Shown here piece by piece: positions 19,328 to 27,191 of a stretch of 64,000 nucleotides of DNA. The notes under the pieces are model-generated. The model was given only the letters and a program-made list of their open reading frames with translations, was not told the DNA's origin and did no database searches. Location of the stretch: positions 4,222,049-4,286,048 of the forward strand of contig OY282352.1 of NCBI GenBank assembly GCA_958295495.1, written 5' to 3'. How positions within the stretch are numbered: the stretch's first letter is position 1; each line of letters opens with the position of its first letter. The stretch comes from an uncultured Latescibacterota bacterium. GTDB lineage: Bacteria > Latescibacterota > UBA2968 > UBA8231. The translations under genes and the position numbers were made by a program.

Positions 19328-20085
19328 ACAAGGGTCGGGTCGCCGGCAAGGCGGCCATTGTAACGGGTGCGGCTTCGGGGATCGGAGAAGCCACCGCGCA
19401 GGTTCTGGCGTGCGAAGGCGCGTCCGTCTGCGTAGCGGATGTCAATGCCGACGGCGGCCAGCGGGTCGTCGATAAAATCAAGGCCAGCGGCGGCGAGGCC
19501 ATTTTCGTCCGCACCGATGTGGGCGAGTCCGCCGAAGTCATTGAGATGTTTGAGCGCACCGAAGCCGCCTTTGGCCGCGTGGACATCGTCCACAACAACG
19601 CAATATGGTTCCGCCACGGCCCGGCGACCGAGCTCGACGAAAGGGATTGGGACGGGACGTTGAACATCGGCCTAAAGGCGATTTTCCTCGCCGCCAAATA
19701 CGGTATCCCAGTCATGCGCAAGACCGGGGGTGGGGTGATTATCAACACCGGCTCGGTGCATTCGCTGGTCAGCTTTGCCACGGCCACGGCCTACGACGCG
19801 GCCAAGGCCGGAGTTTTGGGCCTGACGCGGACCTTGGCCATTGACTACGGGCCGGACATCCGCGTCTGCGCCGTGCTGCCCGGGGCCATTCTGACGCCTT
19901 TGTGGGACGATTTGCAAGTGCCGGAGGAGGAGCGCGTGCGCTACTCCAAGATGGTGCCGGCTCAGCGCTTGGGCACGGGCGAGGACATCGCCAACGCCGT
20001 GCTGTTTCTCGCCTCGGACGAGGCGTCCTTTATCACCGGAACCGCACTGACCGTAGATGGCGGGATGCTGGCGCGGACCGAGTAG
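19324..20085 (+). CDS. SDR family oxidoreductase
   Basis: GKAAIVTGAASGIGEA (TGxxxGxG) and YDAAKAGV (YxxxK). Confidence 0.85.
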   Translation: MNKGRVAGKAAIVTGAASGIGEATAQVLACEGASVCVADVNADGGQRVVDKIKASGGEAIFVRTDVGESAEVIEMFERTEAAFGRVDIVHNNAIWFRHGPATELDERDWDGTLNIGLKAIFLAAKYGIPVMRKTGGGVIINTGSVHSLVSFATATAYDAAKAGVLGLTRTLAIDYGPDIRVCAVLPGAILTPLWDDLQVPEEERVRYSKMVPAQRLGTGEDIANAVLFLASDEASFITGTALTVDGGMLARTE

Positions 20086-21231
20086 ATGACCAAGCCAGCA
20101 GTCAGACCGCAAAACCCCTGCTTTTCCTCCGGCCCGTGTGCCAAGCGCCCGGGGTGGAGCCCGGCCGCTTTGGCCGACGCAGCCCTCGGGCGCTCGCACC
20201 GGTCAGCGCAAGGGCGGGCCAAGCTGCAAGAAGTCATCGAGCGGTCGCGGGTGCTGCTGGGCGTACCGGCTGATTACCGCATCGGGGTGGTGCCAGCTTC
20301 GGACACGGGTGCGGTGGAGATGTGCCTGTGGTCCATGCTCGGGGCGCGCGGTGTCGATGTGCTGTCTTGGGAGAGTTTCAGCAGGGGATGGGCGACGGAC
20401 ATTACCCGGCACCTGCGACTGGAGGACGTGCGCGTCTTCGACGCTGACTTAGGCAAGCTACCCGACTTGTCCTTGATCAACTGCGACCGCGACGTGGTCT
20501 TTGCGTGGAACGGCACGACCTCGGGGGTGAAGGTGCCCGATGGCGAGTGGATTGCCGACGACCGGCAGGGGGTGGTGATTTGCGATGCGACGTCGGCAGT
20601 TTTCGCCATGGACCTGCCGTGGGAAAAGCTCGACGTGGTCACGTACTCTTGGCAGAAGGTCATGGGCGGCGAGGCCGCGCACGGGATGCTCATCCTGAGC
20701 CCGCGGGCGGTCGAGCGGCTCGTCAGCTTCACGCCGCCTTGGCCCGTACCCAAACTCTTCCGCATGACCCAAGGCGGCCAGCTCAACGAGGCACTGTTCA
20801 GGGGCGACACCATCAACACGCCCTCCCTGCTGTGCGTGGAGGACGCGCTCGACGGGCTGCGCTGGGCCGAACGCATCGGCGGCTTGCCCGAACTCGTGCG
20901 GCGCACGCGGGCCAATCTGGCGGTGCTAGAGCAGTGGGTGGAGGCCAGCGCTTGGATCGCGTTTTTGCCCGACCGACTGGAGATCCGCTCGCCAACGTCG
21001 ATTTGCCTGCGGATTGACGATGCGTGGTATTCAGAGCTGGGCGAGGACGATCAGCGAGCGAAGGTCAAACAAATGGTCGCGGCGCTGGAGGACGAAGGCG
21101 TGGCCTACGACATCAACGGCTACCGCGCTGCGCCCCCGGGGCTGCGGATCTGGGGAGGAGGCACCGTGGAAACCAGCGACATTGAAGCGCTAGTCCCGTG
21201 GCTGGATTGGGCGTGGGCGGAGGGGGCGTGA
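20086..21231 (+). CDS. serC: Phosphoserine aminotransferase (actinobacterial-type SerC)
   Basis: Motifs [12 protein letters not shown] and [15 protein letters not shown] (putative PLP lysine), 381 aa. Identification is from remembered family patterns. Confidence 0.75.
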   Translation: MTKPAVRPQNPCFSSGPCAKRPGWSPAALADAALGRSHRSAQGRAKLQEVIERSRVLLGVPADYRIGVVPASDTGAVEMCLWSMLGARGVDVLSWESFSRGWATDITRHLRLEDVRVFDADLGKLPDLSLINCDRDVVFAWNGTTSGVKVPDGEWIADDRQGVVICDATSAVFAMDLPWEKLDVVTYSWQKVMGGEAAHGMLILSPRAVERLVSFTPPWPVPKLFRMTQGGQLNEALFRGDTINTPSLLCVEDALDGLRWAERIGGLPELVRRTRANLAVLEQWVEASAWIAFLPDRLEIRSPTSICLRIDDAWYSELGEDDQRAKVKQMVAALEDEGVAYDINGYRAAPPGLRIWGGGTVETSDIEALVPWLDWAWAEGA

Positions 21232-21233
21232 AG

Positions 21234-21794
21234 TCAGCCCAACAGGTCGGCCGCGGCTAGTTTTAGGCTGGCCAGTGTCGGCGAGGTGAAGGTGGCGTCG
21301 GCTGAGACTTCGACGCGCTGTTGGTACGCCTTGCCTTGGGGGTGGGCGTACACCTCGATGCGGCCTGCTTGCAGATTGATCAGCCACACTTCGGGAATAC
21401 CGGCCTGAGCGTACAGGGGCACCTTGACCTCGCGGTCGTAGCTAGCCGACGTGTCGGCAACTTCGATGGCCAGCAGCACATCGACCGCCGACGGATGAGC
21501 CGCAGCGTAAAAGTCGGCGCGGGGACGGAGCAACACCAAGTCGGGTTCCGGCTCGGAGTACGCATCGAGAGCAATGGGGTCTTGGACGCCGAGTAGCATG
21601 GAATCCCCGACCATTTTTCCCAGCAACAGATTGAGGCGTTTTACACAAGCGGCGTGGCGGCTGCCAATGGGGCTCATGGCGACGATCTGCCCGGCGATAA
21701 GCTCCACGCGGTCCTCCTCAGTAAGGATGTTCGCCTCGGCCATCTGGTAGTATTCGCCGACCGTGAAGGCGCGGCCTTGCCGCTGGGTGGTCAT
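21234..21794 (-). CDS. Uma2 family (DUF820) PD-(D/E)xK endonuclease, tandem copy 1
   Basis: From ATG 21794 the product reads MTTQRQGRAFTVGEYYQMAEANILTEEDRVELIAGQIVAMSPIGSRHA...DLVLLRP...LAIEVADTSASYDREVKVPLYAQAGIPEVWLINL, a typical Uma2 sequence. Confidence 0.8.
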   Translation of the reverse strand: MTTQRQGRAFTVGEYYQMAEANILTEEDRVELIAGQIVAMSPIGSRHAACVKRLNLLLGKMVGDSMLLGVQDPIALDAYSEPEPDLVLLRPRADFYAAAHPSAVDVLLAIEVADTSASYDREVKVPLYAQAGIPEVWLINLQAGRIEVYAHPQGKAYQQRVEVSADATFTSPTLASLKLAAADLLG

Positions 21795-21796
21795 AG

Positions 21797-22360
21797 CTAG
21801 GTCCCCAACAGGTCGGCCGCGGCTAGCTTTAGGCTGGCCAGTGTCGGCGAGGTGAAGGTGGCGTCGGCTGAGACTTCGACGCGCTGTTGGTACGCCTTGC
21901 CTTGGGGGTGGGCGTACACCTCGATGCGGCCTGCTTGCAGATTGATCAGCCACACTTCGGGAATACCGGCCTGAGCGTACAGCGGCACCTTGACCTCGCG
22001 GTCGTAGCTAGCCGACGTGTCGGCAACTTCGATGGCCAGCAGCACATCGACCGCCGACGGATGAGCCGCAGCGTAAAAGTCGGCGCGGGGACGGAGCAGC
22101 ACTAGATCGGGTTCCGGCTCGGAGTACGCATCGAGAGCAATGGGGCTTTGCACTCGCACGATGAAGGCTGGCCCCGGGCGGCGATGCAATAAGCCGTTGA
22201 GCCGATCGACGCAAGCGGCGTGGCGGCTGCCAATGGGGCTCATGGCGACGATCTGCCCGGCGATAAGCTCAACGCGGTCCTCCTCAGTAAGGATGTTCGC
22301 CTCGGCCATGCGGTAGTATTCGCCGACCGTAAAGACGCGGCCTTGCCGCTGGGTGGTCAT
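21797..22360 (-). CDS. Uma2 family (DUF820) PD-(D/E)xK endonuclease, tandem copy 2
   Basis: Starts at ATG 22360. It is near-identical to copy 1 except for a patch of about 25 codons. The 476-aa ORF-track entry is an Arg-rich upstream extension and is discarded. Confidence 0.8.
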   Translation of the reverse strand: MTTQRQGRVFTVGEYYRMAEANILTEEDRVELIAGQIVAMSPIGSRHAACVDRLNGLLHRRPGPAFIVRVQSPIALDAYSEPEPDLVLLRPRADFYAAAHPSAVDVLLAIEVADTSASYDREVKVPLYAQAGIPEVWLINLQAGRIEVYAHPQGKAYQQRVEVSADATFTSPTLASLKLAAADLLGT

Positions 22361-22440
22361 AGGGTACTCCCTTCTAAAAATTGCGCCCAGTTCTCGGCAA
22401 TATAGGACCGGGCGCAACCTGCACGAGGACGCATGGCACG

Positions 22441-23841
22441 CTACGGCCCCTTTTTGTTCCCCGCTTGTAGTTTGTCTGCCGCTCCCACCGAGCCGATATG
22501 CAGCGTGTCGTAGGCCTGTTGCGAAGTCTCGAACGGCCCCTCGTGCGTCTGCGAGCCATGCCATTGCAAATTGGTGTGCATCGGGTTGGTCGCGCCCGTC
22601 TCGCGCTCGCGCTTGGCGATCCAAGCCTCCATCCGCTCCTTCAGAGTGGCAGCGATCCCCGGCTCTTTCTTGGCCAAGTTTTTTAGCTCTAGTGGATCGG
22701 CGACCAAGTTGTAGAGCTCGACTTCGGGCTTGAAGTGGAAGTCCGGCTCTAGCGCGACGATCAGCTTCCACTCCGGGGTGCGCCAGCCGTGCTTGCGCAT
22801 CCAAGTGCATTCCGTGATGTAAAAGTCCGAGTAGTTGGAGGCCCTTTGGCCCGCGATTAGCGGCAGCAGCGACTGGCCATCGAATGCGATGTCCGCACGG
22901 ATGTTGAGGAGCTTGAGTACGGTGGGGACCAAGTCTTGGTGCAGCGCGATGCCCGCGACGCGCTTGCCGGCGGGCAACTTGCCGGGCAGGCGGATGATCA
23001 GCGGCACGTGCAGCGTGTTTTCGTAGAGGCCGTGGTGGTCGTACCAGCATTCGTGCTCGTACAGGGTCTCGCCGTGGTCGCCGTTGATGACGATTAAGGT
23101 ATTGTCGCTCAAGCCCAGCTCTTCGACGCGGGTGAGGATGCGCTGAATGCAGGCGTCCATATAGGCGATGGCACCGTCGTACTGGGCGTCCACGTAGTGG
23201 CGGTCGCGCACCCCGGGCGGCATCCAATCGGCGAAGAAGTCGCAGAAGGGCTCGAAGCTAAACACCGGCTCCATGCTCTTGTTTTTGGGGTCCAATTCGT
23301 TGCCGCTGTAAAACATCCGCTCAAAGGGAGCCGGCGGCAGATAGGGGGCGTGCGGATCCATGTGGCGCAAGAAGAGGAAGAAGGGCTTCTTCGAGCGCGC
23401 GAGTCGTTCCAACTCGGGAATGGCGACTTGGTTGAGGTTTTCGGCCTTGGGGCTGCGGCCTTCGGCAAAGGAGCCCCAACCCGGGTAGTCCAAATAGCGG
23501 CTAAAGCCGCGCGAACTGGGATTGCCCGTAAATCCAACGCACGAGGTGTTGTAGCCGCTGCGGCGGAGGATCTCGGGCAGGGTGCGGATCTTTTCGGGCA
23601 GGCCGCCGCGGTGGCGCAGGGCTACGACGCTGGTGCCAAAGCAGTCGAGGCCGGTGAGCATGGAGGCGTAGGCCGAAGTCGTGGGAATGTGGGCCGAGTA
23701 GTTCTTTTCAAAGAGCACGGCGTCTGCGGCAAAGCGGTCGATATGGGGCGTGGTCTGGCGGTGGTAGCCATAGCAGCTCATGTGATCGGCGCGCAGGCTG
23801 TCGATGCCTAAGACAATGACATTGGTCTTTTTGGCTGGCAT
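22441..23841 (-). CDS. Sulfatase-fold (alkaline-phosphatase superfamily) hydrolase lacking the C/S-x-P-x-R formylglycine motif
   Basis: NVIVLGIDSLRADH matches the metal-site N-terminus. The nucleophile region reads HIPTTSAYASMLTG (Thr, no CxPxR). The remainder has the general sulfatase layout. Confidence 0.75.
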   Translation of the reverse strand: MPAKKTNVIVLGIDSLRADHMSCYGYHRQTTPHIDRFAADAVLFEKNYSAHIPTTSAYASMLTGLDCFGTSVVALRHRGGLPEKIRTLPEILRRSGYNTSCVGFTGNPSSRGFSRYLDYPGWGSFAEGRSPKAENLNQVAIPELERLARSKKPFFLFLRHMDPHAPYLPPAPFERMFYSGNELDPKNKSMEPVFSFEPFCDFFADWMPPGVRDRHYVDAQYDGAIAYMDACIQRILTRVEELGLSDNTLIVINGDHGETLYEHECWYDHHGLYENTLHVPLIIRLPGKLPAGKRVAGIALHQDLVPTVLKLLNIRADIAFDGQSLLPLIAGQRASNYSDFYITECTWMRKHGWRTPEWKLIVALEPDFHFKPEVELYNLVADPLELKNLAKKEPGIAATLKERMEAWIAKRERETGATNPMHTNLQWHGSQTHEGPFETSQQAYDTLHIGSVGAADKLQAGNKKGP

Positions 23842-23883
23842 TAGATCCTCTCGATTAGGGGTAAGGGTCGGGATGTAGCCGGG

Positions 23884-24297
23884 CTATTGAAGGACCGCAC
23901 CCGGCCATTGATCGTCGCTGGCCGTCACATCTACCGTAATGCCGTCCGGGTCTTCGACCTTGAAAGCTCCTTCGCGGATGTCGTGGACATCGACCGGCTC
24001 TTTGCCTCCCAAACCATCGGAAAAAATTTCATAGCCCATGTCCAGCAGGCGGCGGCCGGCCTCTGCGAGGTGGGGCACCCGCACGCCGATGTGGAGGTAG
24101 TCGAGCATCCCGCCAACGTGGGCCGGGCGGGCCGGGCCGTTGTGCTGGAAGACTCGGAAGTTGTGGTGGCCGTCGCTGAGGTCGTAGCAGCTCCCGTGAG
24201 TCGAGACCACGGGCAGGCCGAGGCCGTCGCGCCAAAAGCGGATGGTCTTTTCGAGGTCCGTGGCCCGGACGCCAATGTGAACGAGTACCGTAGTCAT
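23884..24297 (-). CDS. VOC (glyoxalase/bleomycin-resistance/dioxygenase) family protein
   Basis: The product starts MTTVLVHIGVRATDLEKTIRFWRDGLGL. The start is at ATG 24297 with RBS AAGGAGAAAA. Confidence 0.8.
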   Translation of the reverse strand: MTTVLVHIGVRATDLEKTIRFWRDGLGLPVVSTHGSCYDLSDGHHNFRVFQHNGPARPAHVGGMLDYLHIGVRVPHLAEAGRRLLDMGYEIFSDGLGGKEPVDVHDIREGAFKVEDPDGITVDVTASDDQWPGAVLQ

Positions 24298-24529
24298 GGC
24301 TTTTCTCCTTTTTCGTAGGCTCGCAGCCGTTGCGCCATTAGTGCCCATAATGTAACAAACGAAGCCCCGCGAGGCACTATCGCGTTTGCGGGGCGGGACA
24401 ATCCTCGTTTTATCGTTTATTAATGGAAATTTATTAAGCTGAGAAAGTTTTTTTATATCAATAAGTTATTGTTTTTTGGTCAGATGGGAAAAACCCCGTA
24501 AAACCGGGCGAAAAAAGGGGGCAAATTTC

Positions 24530-24567
24530 TTGACTTCTGCACAAATGTTTACTATCTTTTTGTGCAG
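24530..24567 (+). promoter_or_regulatory. Sigma70-like promoter with embedded 9-bp perfect inverted repeat (candidate operator)
   Basis: TTGACT (24530-24535), a 17-nt spacer, then TATCTT (24553-24558). CTGCACAAA (24537-24545) and TTTGTGCAG (24559-24567) are exact reverse complements bracketing the -10. Confidence 0.45.
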
Positions 24568-24642
24568 GTAATCGAAATAAAATGGCCCCTTTTTTGCGTT
24601 GGAAAACAGCACCAAGGACCTCATCGCAAGGAGAAAGACCAG

Positions 24643-24726
24643 ATGCGACGCGAGATCATCAGCGAGGGCCTGATGTACGCCCTCGTCAGCCTCTTCGCAT
24701 TCGCGGTGATGCCGCTTCTCAACTAA
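24643..24726 (+). CDS. Candidate 27-aa hydrophobic micro-protein
   Basis: AAGGAG lies 7 nt upstream of the ATG. The product MRREIISEGLMYALVSLFAFAVMPLLN would be a single TM helix. It is below the ORF-track cutoff and was read by hand. Confidence 0.35.
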   Translation: MRREIISEGLMYALVSLFAFAVMPLLN

Positions 24727-24754
24727 GAGCCGCTGGCCATAGGAGAGCAGAGCA

Positions 24755-24898
24755 ATGAACCCGATTTTCGCGTTTCACGCATTGCGCGAGTTGACCAAAA
24801 ACAAGCGCGCCCAGCGCCAAGTGAGCCGGCTGGGGCCGACGTGTACAGGAGCGGTCTTCGTCATCTGGAGCTTTCCCGCTTTCCGCTATCTCATCTAA
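24755..24898 (+). CDS. Candidate 47-aa small protein
   Basis: AGGAGAG lies upstream of the ATG. The product is MNPIFAFHALRELTKNKRAQRQVSRLGPTCTGAVFVIWSFPAFRYLI. No family was recognised. Confidence 0.25.
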   Translation: MNPIFAFHALRELTKNKRAQRQVSRLGPTCTGAVFVIWSFPAFRYLI

Positions 24899-24944
24899 CC
24901 TTCGGCTGAGCTCAGGTCGAAGCCTTGCACAAAAGGAGAAAATC

Positions 24945-25154
24945 ATGCCGCCGATCGGAAAAGATCGCATCGAACGCGCCGCGCGGATGTACGCCAGCAA
25001 CCACGACGCCGGCTCGGCCTTGGGCATTGCCCCGGGCAGCTTCAGCCGCCTCTGTCGCCGCTACGGCATTGAGACGCCGCAAGCGCGCAAGCGCCGTCAG
25101 CGCAGCGAGTGGCAGCGGGATTACCTCAGCCTGCACAACAGAAAGGAGCAGTAA
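24945..25154 (+). CDS. Small basic HTH-like protein (69 aa)
   Basis: [36 protein letters not shown] looks like a helix-turn-helix, followed by a basic tail. It ends 1 nt before the ssb start. Confidence 0.5.
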   Translation: MPPIGKDRIERAARMYASNHDAGSALGIAPGSFSRLCRRYGIETPQARKRRQRSEWQRDYLSLHNRKEQ

Positions 25155-25155
25155 C

Positions 25156-25581
25156 ATGTCGAGCATCAACAAGGTCTTACTCATCGGCAACTTAGGGTCT
25201 GATCCCGAGACGCGCTTTACCCCCAGCGGCGCTCAGGTCGCCAACTTCAGCTTGGCCACCAGCGAGTCGTGGAACGACAAGAACGGGCAGCGCCAAGAGC
25301 GCACCGAATGGCACCGCATCGTCTTGTGGCAGCGCCTCGCCGAAATCGCTGGTCAGTACCTAAAAAAGGGCAGCAAGATCTACATCGAGGGCAAGCTGCA
25401 AACGCGCTCTTGGGAAGATCAGAAGGGCCAGAAGCGCCAGACCACCGAAATCGTCGCCAACACCATGAAAATGCTCGGCGCAGAACGGGCCGTCGAGGCC
25501 GCTGAGGCTGTTGTGGGCAACGGCCACGCACTCGCCGGTGCCCCTGCGGCCGGCCCCAACCACGACGACCTGCCCTTTTAG
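25156..25581 (+). CDS. ssb: Single-stranded DNA-binding protein
   Basis: OB-fold start [39 protein letters not shown], then TEWHRIVLW, and the acidic C-terminal tip DDLPF. Confidence 0.92.
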   Translation: MSSINKVLLIGNLGSDPETRFTPSGAQVANFSLATSESWNDKNGQRQERTEWHRIVLWQRLAEIAGQYLKKGSKIYIEGKLQTRSWEDQKGQKRQTTEIVANTMKMLGAERAVEAAEAVVGNGHALAGAPAAGPNHDDLPF

Positions 25582-25686
25582 TCCCGGTTCCATCCCCTGC
25601 TTCCGCCGGGTTGACGCTCGGACGAGATGTATTAGCTTGGTCGCGGTCCGCAAAGGATGCGCGGCCATTTCTTTGGAGGGGAAACC

Positions 25687-26523
25687 ATGGCGTTTGAACT
25701 CAACGCGCCGAGCAAAATAAAGAGCATAACGAGCGCGTACACAGGCCCGCGTTTTCGCGACGGGCGGCCTAAAGTCGATGACGACATCGTCGAGCGGATG
25801 CAGCGGGTGACCATTGAGGAAGCTTGGGGCGTGCTGATGGGCAAGGGGCATTCGTTTCAGTTTGAAGGCGATTGGATCAACCTGCATCCAAGCCGCGTGC
25901 TCGTCGGCCGCGCGGTGACGGCCCGCTATATCCCGCACCGGCCCGACTTCGACGGCGTCGTGCAGGCCGAAGGCGAGCGGCACGGTCGGGTCGGCGGTCA
26001 GAATAGCTGGGTCATCGACACCCTAGTCGCCAACGACGTATTGGTCGTCGATCTGTTCGGCAAGGTGCTGCGCGGGACCTTTATCGGCGATAATCTCGGC
26101 ACGGCGATCGCAGCCAACACCAATGGTACGGGCCTGATCGTCGATGGCGGCATCCGCGACGATCACCGCGTGCGCAAGCTGCCCATCAACGTGCTTTGCA
26201 AAGGGCTGCATCCCTCGGCCATCGGCGAGGTGACCATGGCCGAGGTCAACGGCCCGGTGCGCGTGGGCGCGGCGACCTGTATGCCGGGCGATGTCGTGCT
26301 GGCAACCCCCACGGGCGTGATTTTCGTGCCGCCGCAATATGCCCGCGAGGTCGTGGAGTCGTCCGAAAACACCCGCCTGCGCGACTATTGGGGCAAGAAG
26401 AGCATTGCCGATGGCCGCTATACGCCCGGGGAGGTGGATCGCAAGTGGTCGCCTAAGATGGAAGAAGAATTTGCCGAGTGGCAAAAAACGGCTGACATAG
26501 CGGCGATTTTCGCCGAATTGTAG
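25687..26523 (+). CDS. RraA family protein (RraA / HMG-aldolase-like)
   Basis: GDVLVVD-type LVANDVLVVDLFG, the GDNLGTAIAANTNGTGLIVDGGIRD core, and a C-terminal extension. The start is at ATG 25687 with a GGAGGGG RBS. Confidence 0.75.
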   Translation: MAFELNAPSKIKSITSAYTGPRFRDGRPKVDDDIVERMQRVTIEEAWGVLMGKGHSFQFEGDWINLHPSRVLVGRAVTARYIPHRPDFDGVVQAEGERHGRVGGQNSWVIDTLVANDVLVVDLFGKVLRGTFIGDNLGTAIAANTNGTGLIVDGGIRDDHRVRKLPINVLCKGLHPSAIGEVTMAEVNGPVRVGAATCMPGDVVLATPTGVIFVPPQYAREVVESSENTRLRDYWGKKSIADGRYTPGEVDRKWSPKMEEEFAEWQKTADIAAIFAEL

Positions 26524-26526
26524 AAA

Positions 26527-26560
26527 GCGGGCCGAGGCAAATACAGATGCCCCGGCCCGC
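26527..26560. terminator. Hairpin between convergent genes (candidate bidirectional terminator)
   Basis: GCGGGCCG (26527-26534) and CGGCCCGC (26553-26560) are exact reverse complements with an 18-nt loop. A TTTCT tract follows on the minus strand only. Confidence 0.35.
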
Positions 26561-26584
26561 TGTCGGACGGATGCTTCACTCCAG

Positions 26585-26866
26585 CTAAGGAAAAAGTTTC
26601 AGGATCGCTATAGTCAGAGTTGCAGCAAGGACAATTCCGCCGATCACTCCCCCCAAGCACCAGACCTTTATCTTTTGAATGTCCTCTTTGGTGGCGAGGT
26701 GTTTGATCTCGATTTTGAGCTCTTGCACTGCCTCTTTGGTGGCGAGATACTCGATGCGGGTCTCCAATGCCGAAAGACGCTTTTCAATGTCGCGTCCATT
26801 GCCGCTACCGGATACGCTGGCCGGAGCCTCCCGATCTGCTTGCTTATCACTTTGGGACGAGCTCAT
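26585..26866 (-). CDS. Tail-anchored coiled-coil protein (XhlA/DUF1640-like)
   Basis: From ATG 26866 the product has a low-complexity N-terminus and heptad-like IEKRLSALETRIEYLATKEAVQELKIEIKHLATKEDIQKIK. It ends with the C-terminal TM segment VWCLGGVIGGIVLAATLTIAILKLF. Confidence 0.5.
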   Translation of the reverse strand: MSSSQSDKQADREAPASVSGSGNGRDIEKRLSALETRIEYLATKEAVQELKIEIKHLATKEDIQKIKVWCLGGVIGGIVLAATLTIAILKLFP

Positions 26867-27134
26867 TCCTGCTCTCCGCTTGTTCGAGCCAGTCCCAAAG
26901 TGAGCGTGCGGTGAATCCGGCATAGGAACCATTCAGCCTAAAAACAACGCCGCTAGCCTCCTCAATGCGGTCTTCTCCCTTGATTCCCACAGAAACCGCC
27001 ACGTTTTCCGCAATGAAGTCGCTCTGCACGAGAAAACAGGTCTCCGTCATTTCATAGGCGGCTGGATACTTTTCTCGGATCCGCTTAGCCACCTCATCGT
27101 TCGTCTCCCTCAAGATGATGGCAAACATACTCAT
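26847..27134 (-). CDS. Hypothetical 95-aa protein, overlapping the downstream coiled-coil gene by 20 nt
   Basis: Intact ORF MSMFAIILRETNDEVAKRIREKYPAAYEMTETCFLVQSD..GVVFRLNGSYAGFTARSLWDWLEQ. No family was recognised. Confidence 0.45.
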   Translation of the reverse strand: MSMFAIILRETNDEVAKRIREKYPAAYEMTETCFLVQSDFIAENVAVSVGIKGEDRIEEASGVVFRLNGSYAGFTARSLWDWLEQAESRNELVPK

Positions 27135-27191
27135 CGGACTATTGCCCTCCTTTGCAACAGAGACAGAATGGTCATTCGCCTTTCCCGCTGC

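Noticed and set aside
22361-23227. Upstream 289 codons of the 476-aa ORF 21797..23227.
   Set aside because: It is Arg/Pro-rich nonsense that overlaps the sulfatase-fold gene on the same strand in another frame. The Uma2 homology starts exactly at ATG 22360.
24365-24393. GC hairpin (CCCCGC ... GCGGGG) in the A+T-rich intergenic region, considered as a terminator.
   Set aside because: No co-oriented gene ends upstream of it on either strand: the VOC gene starts, not ends, here, and the small-ORF/ssb operon begins downstream. No T-tract follows it.
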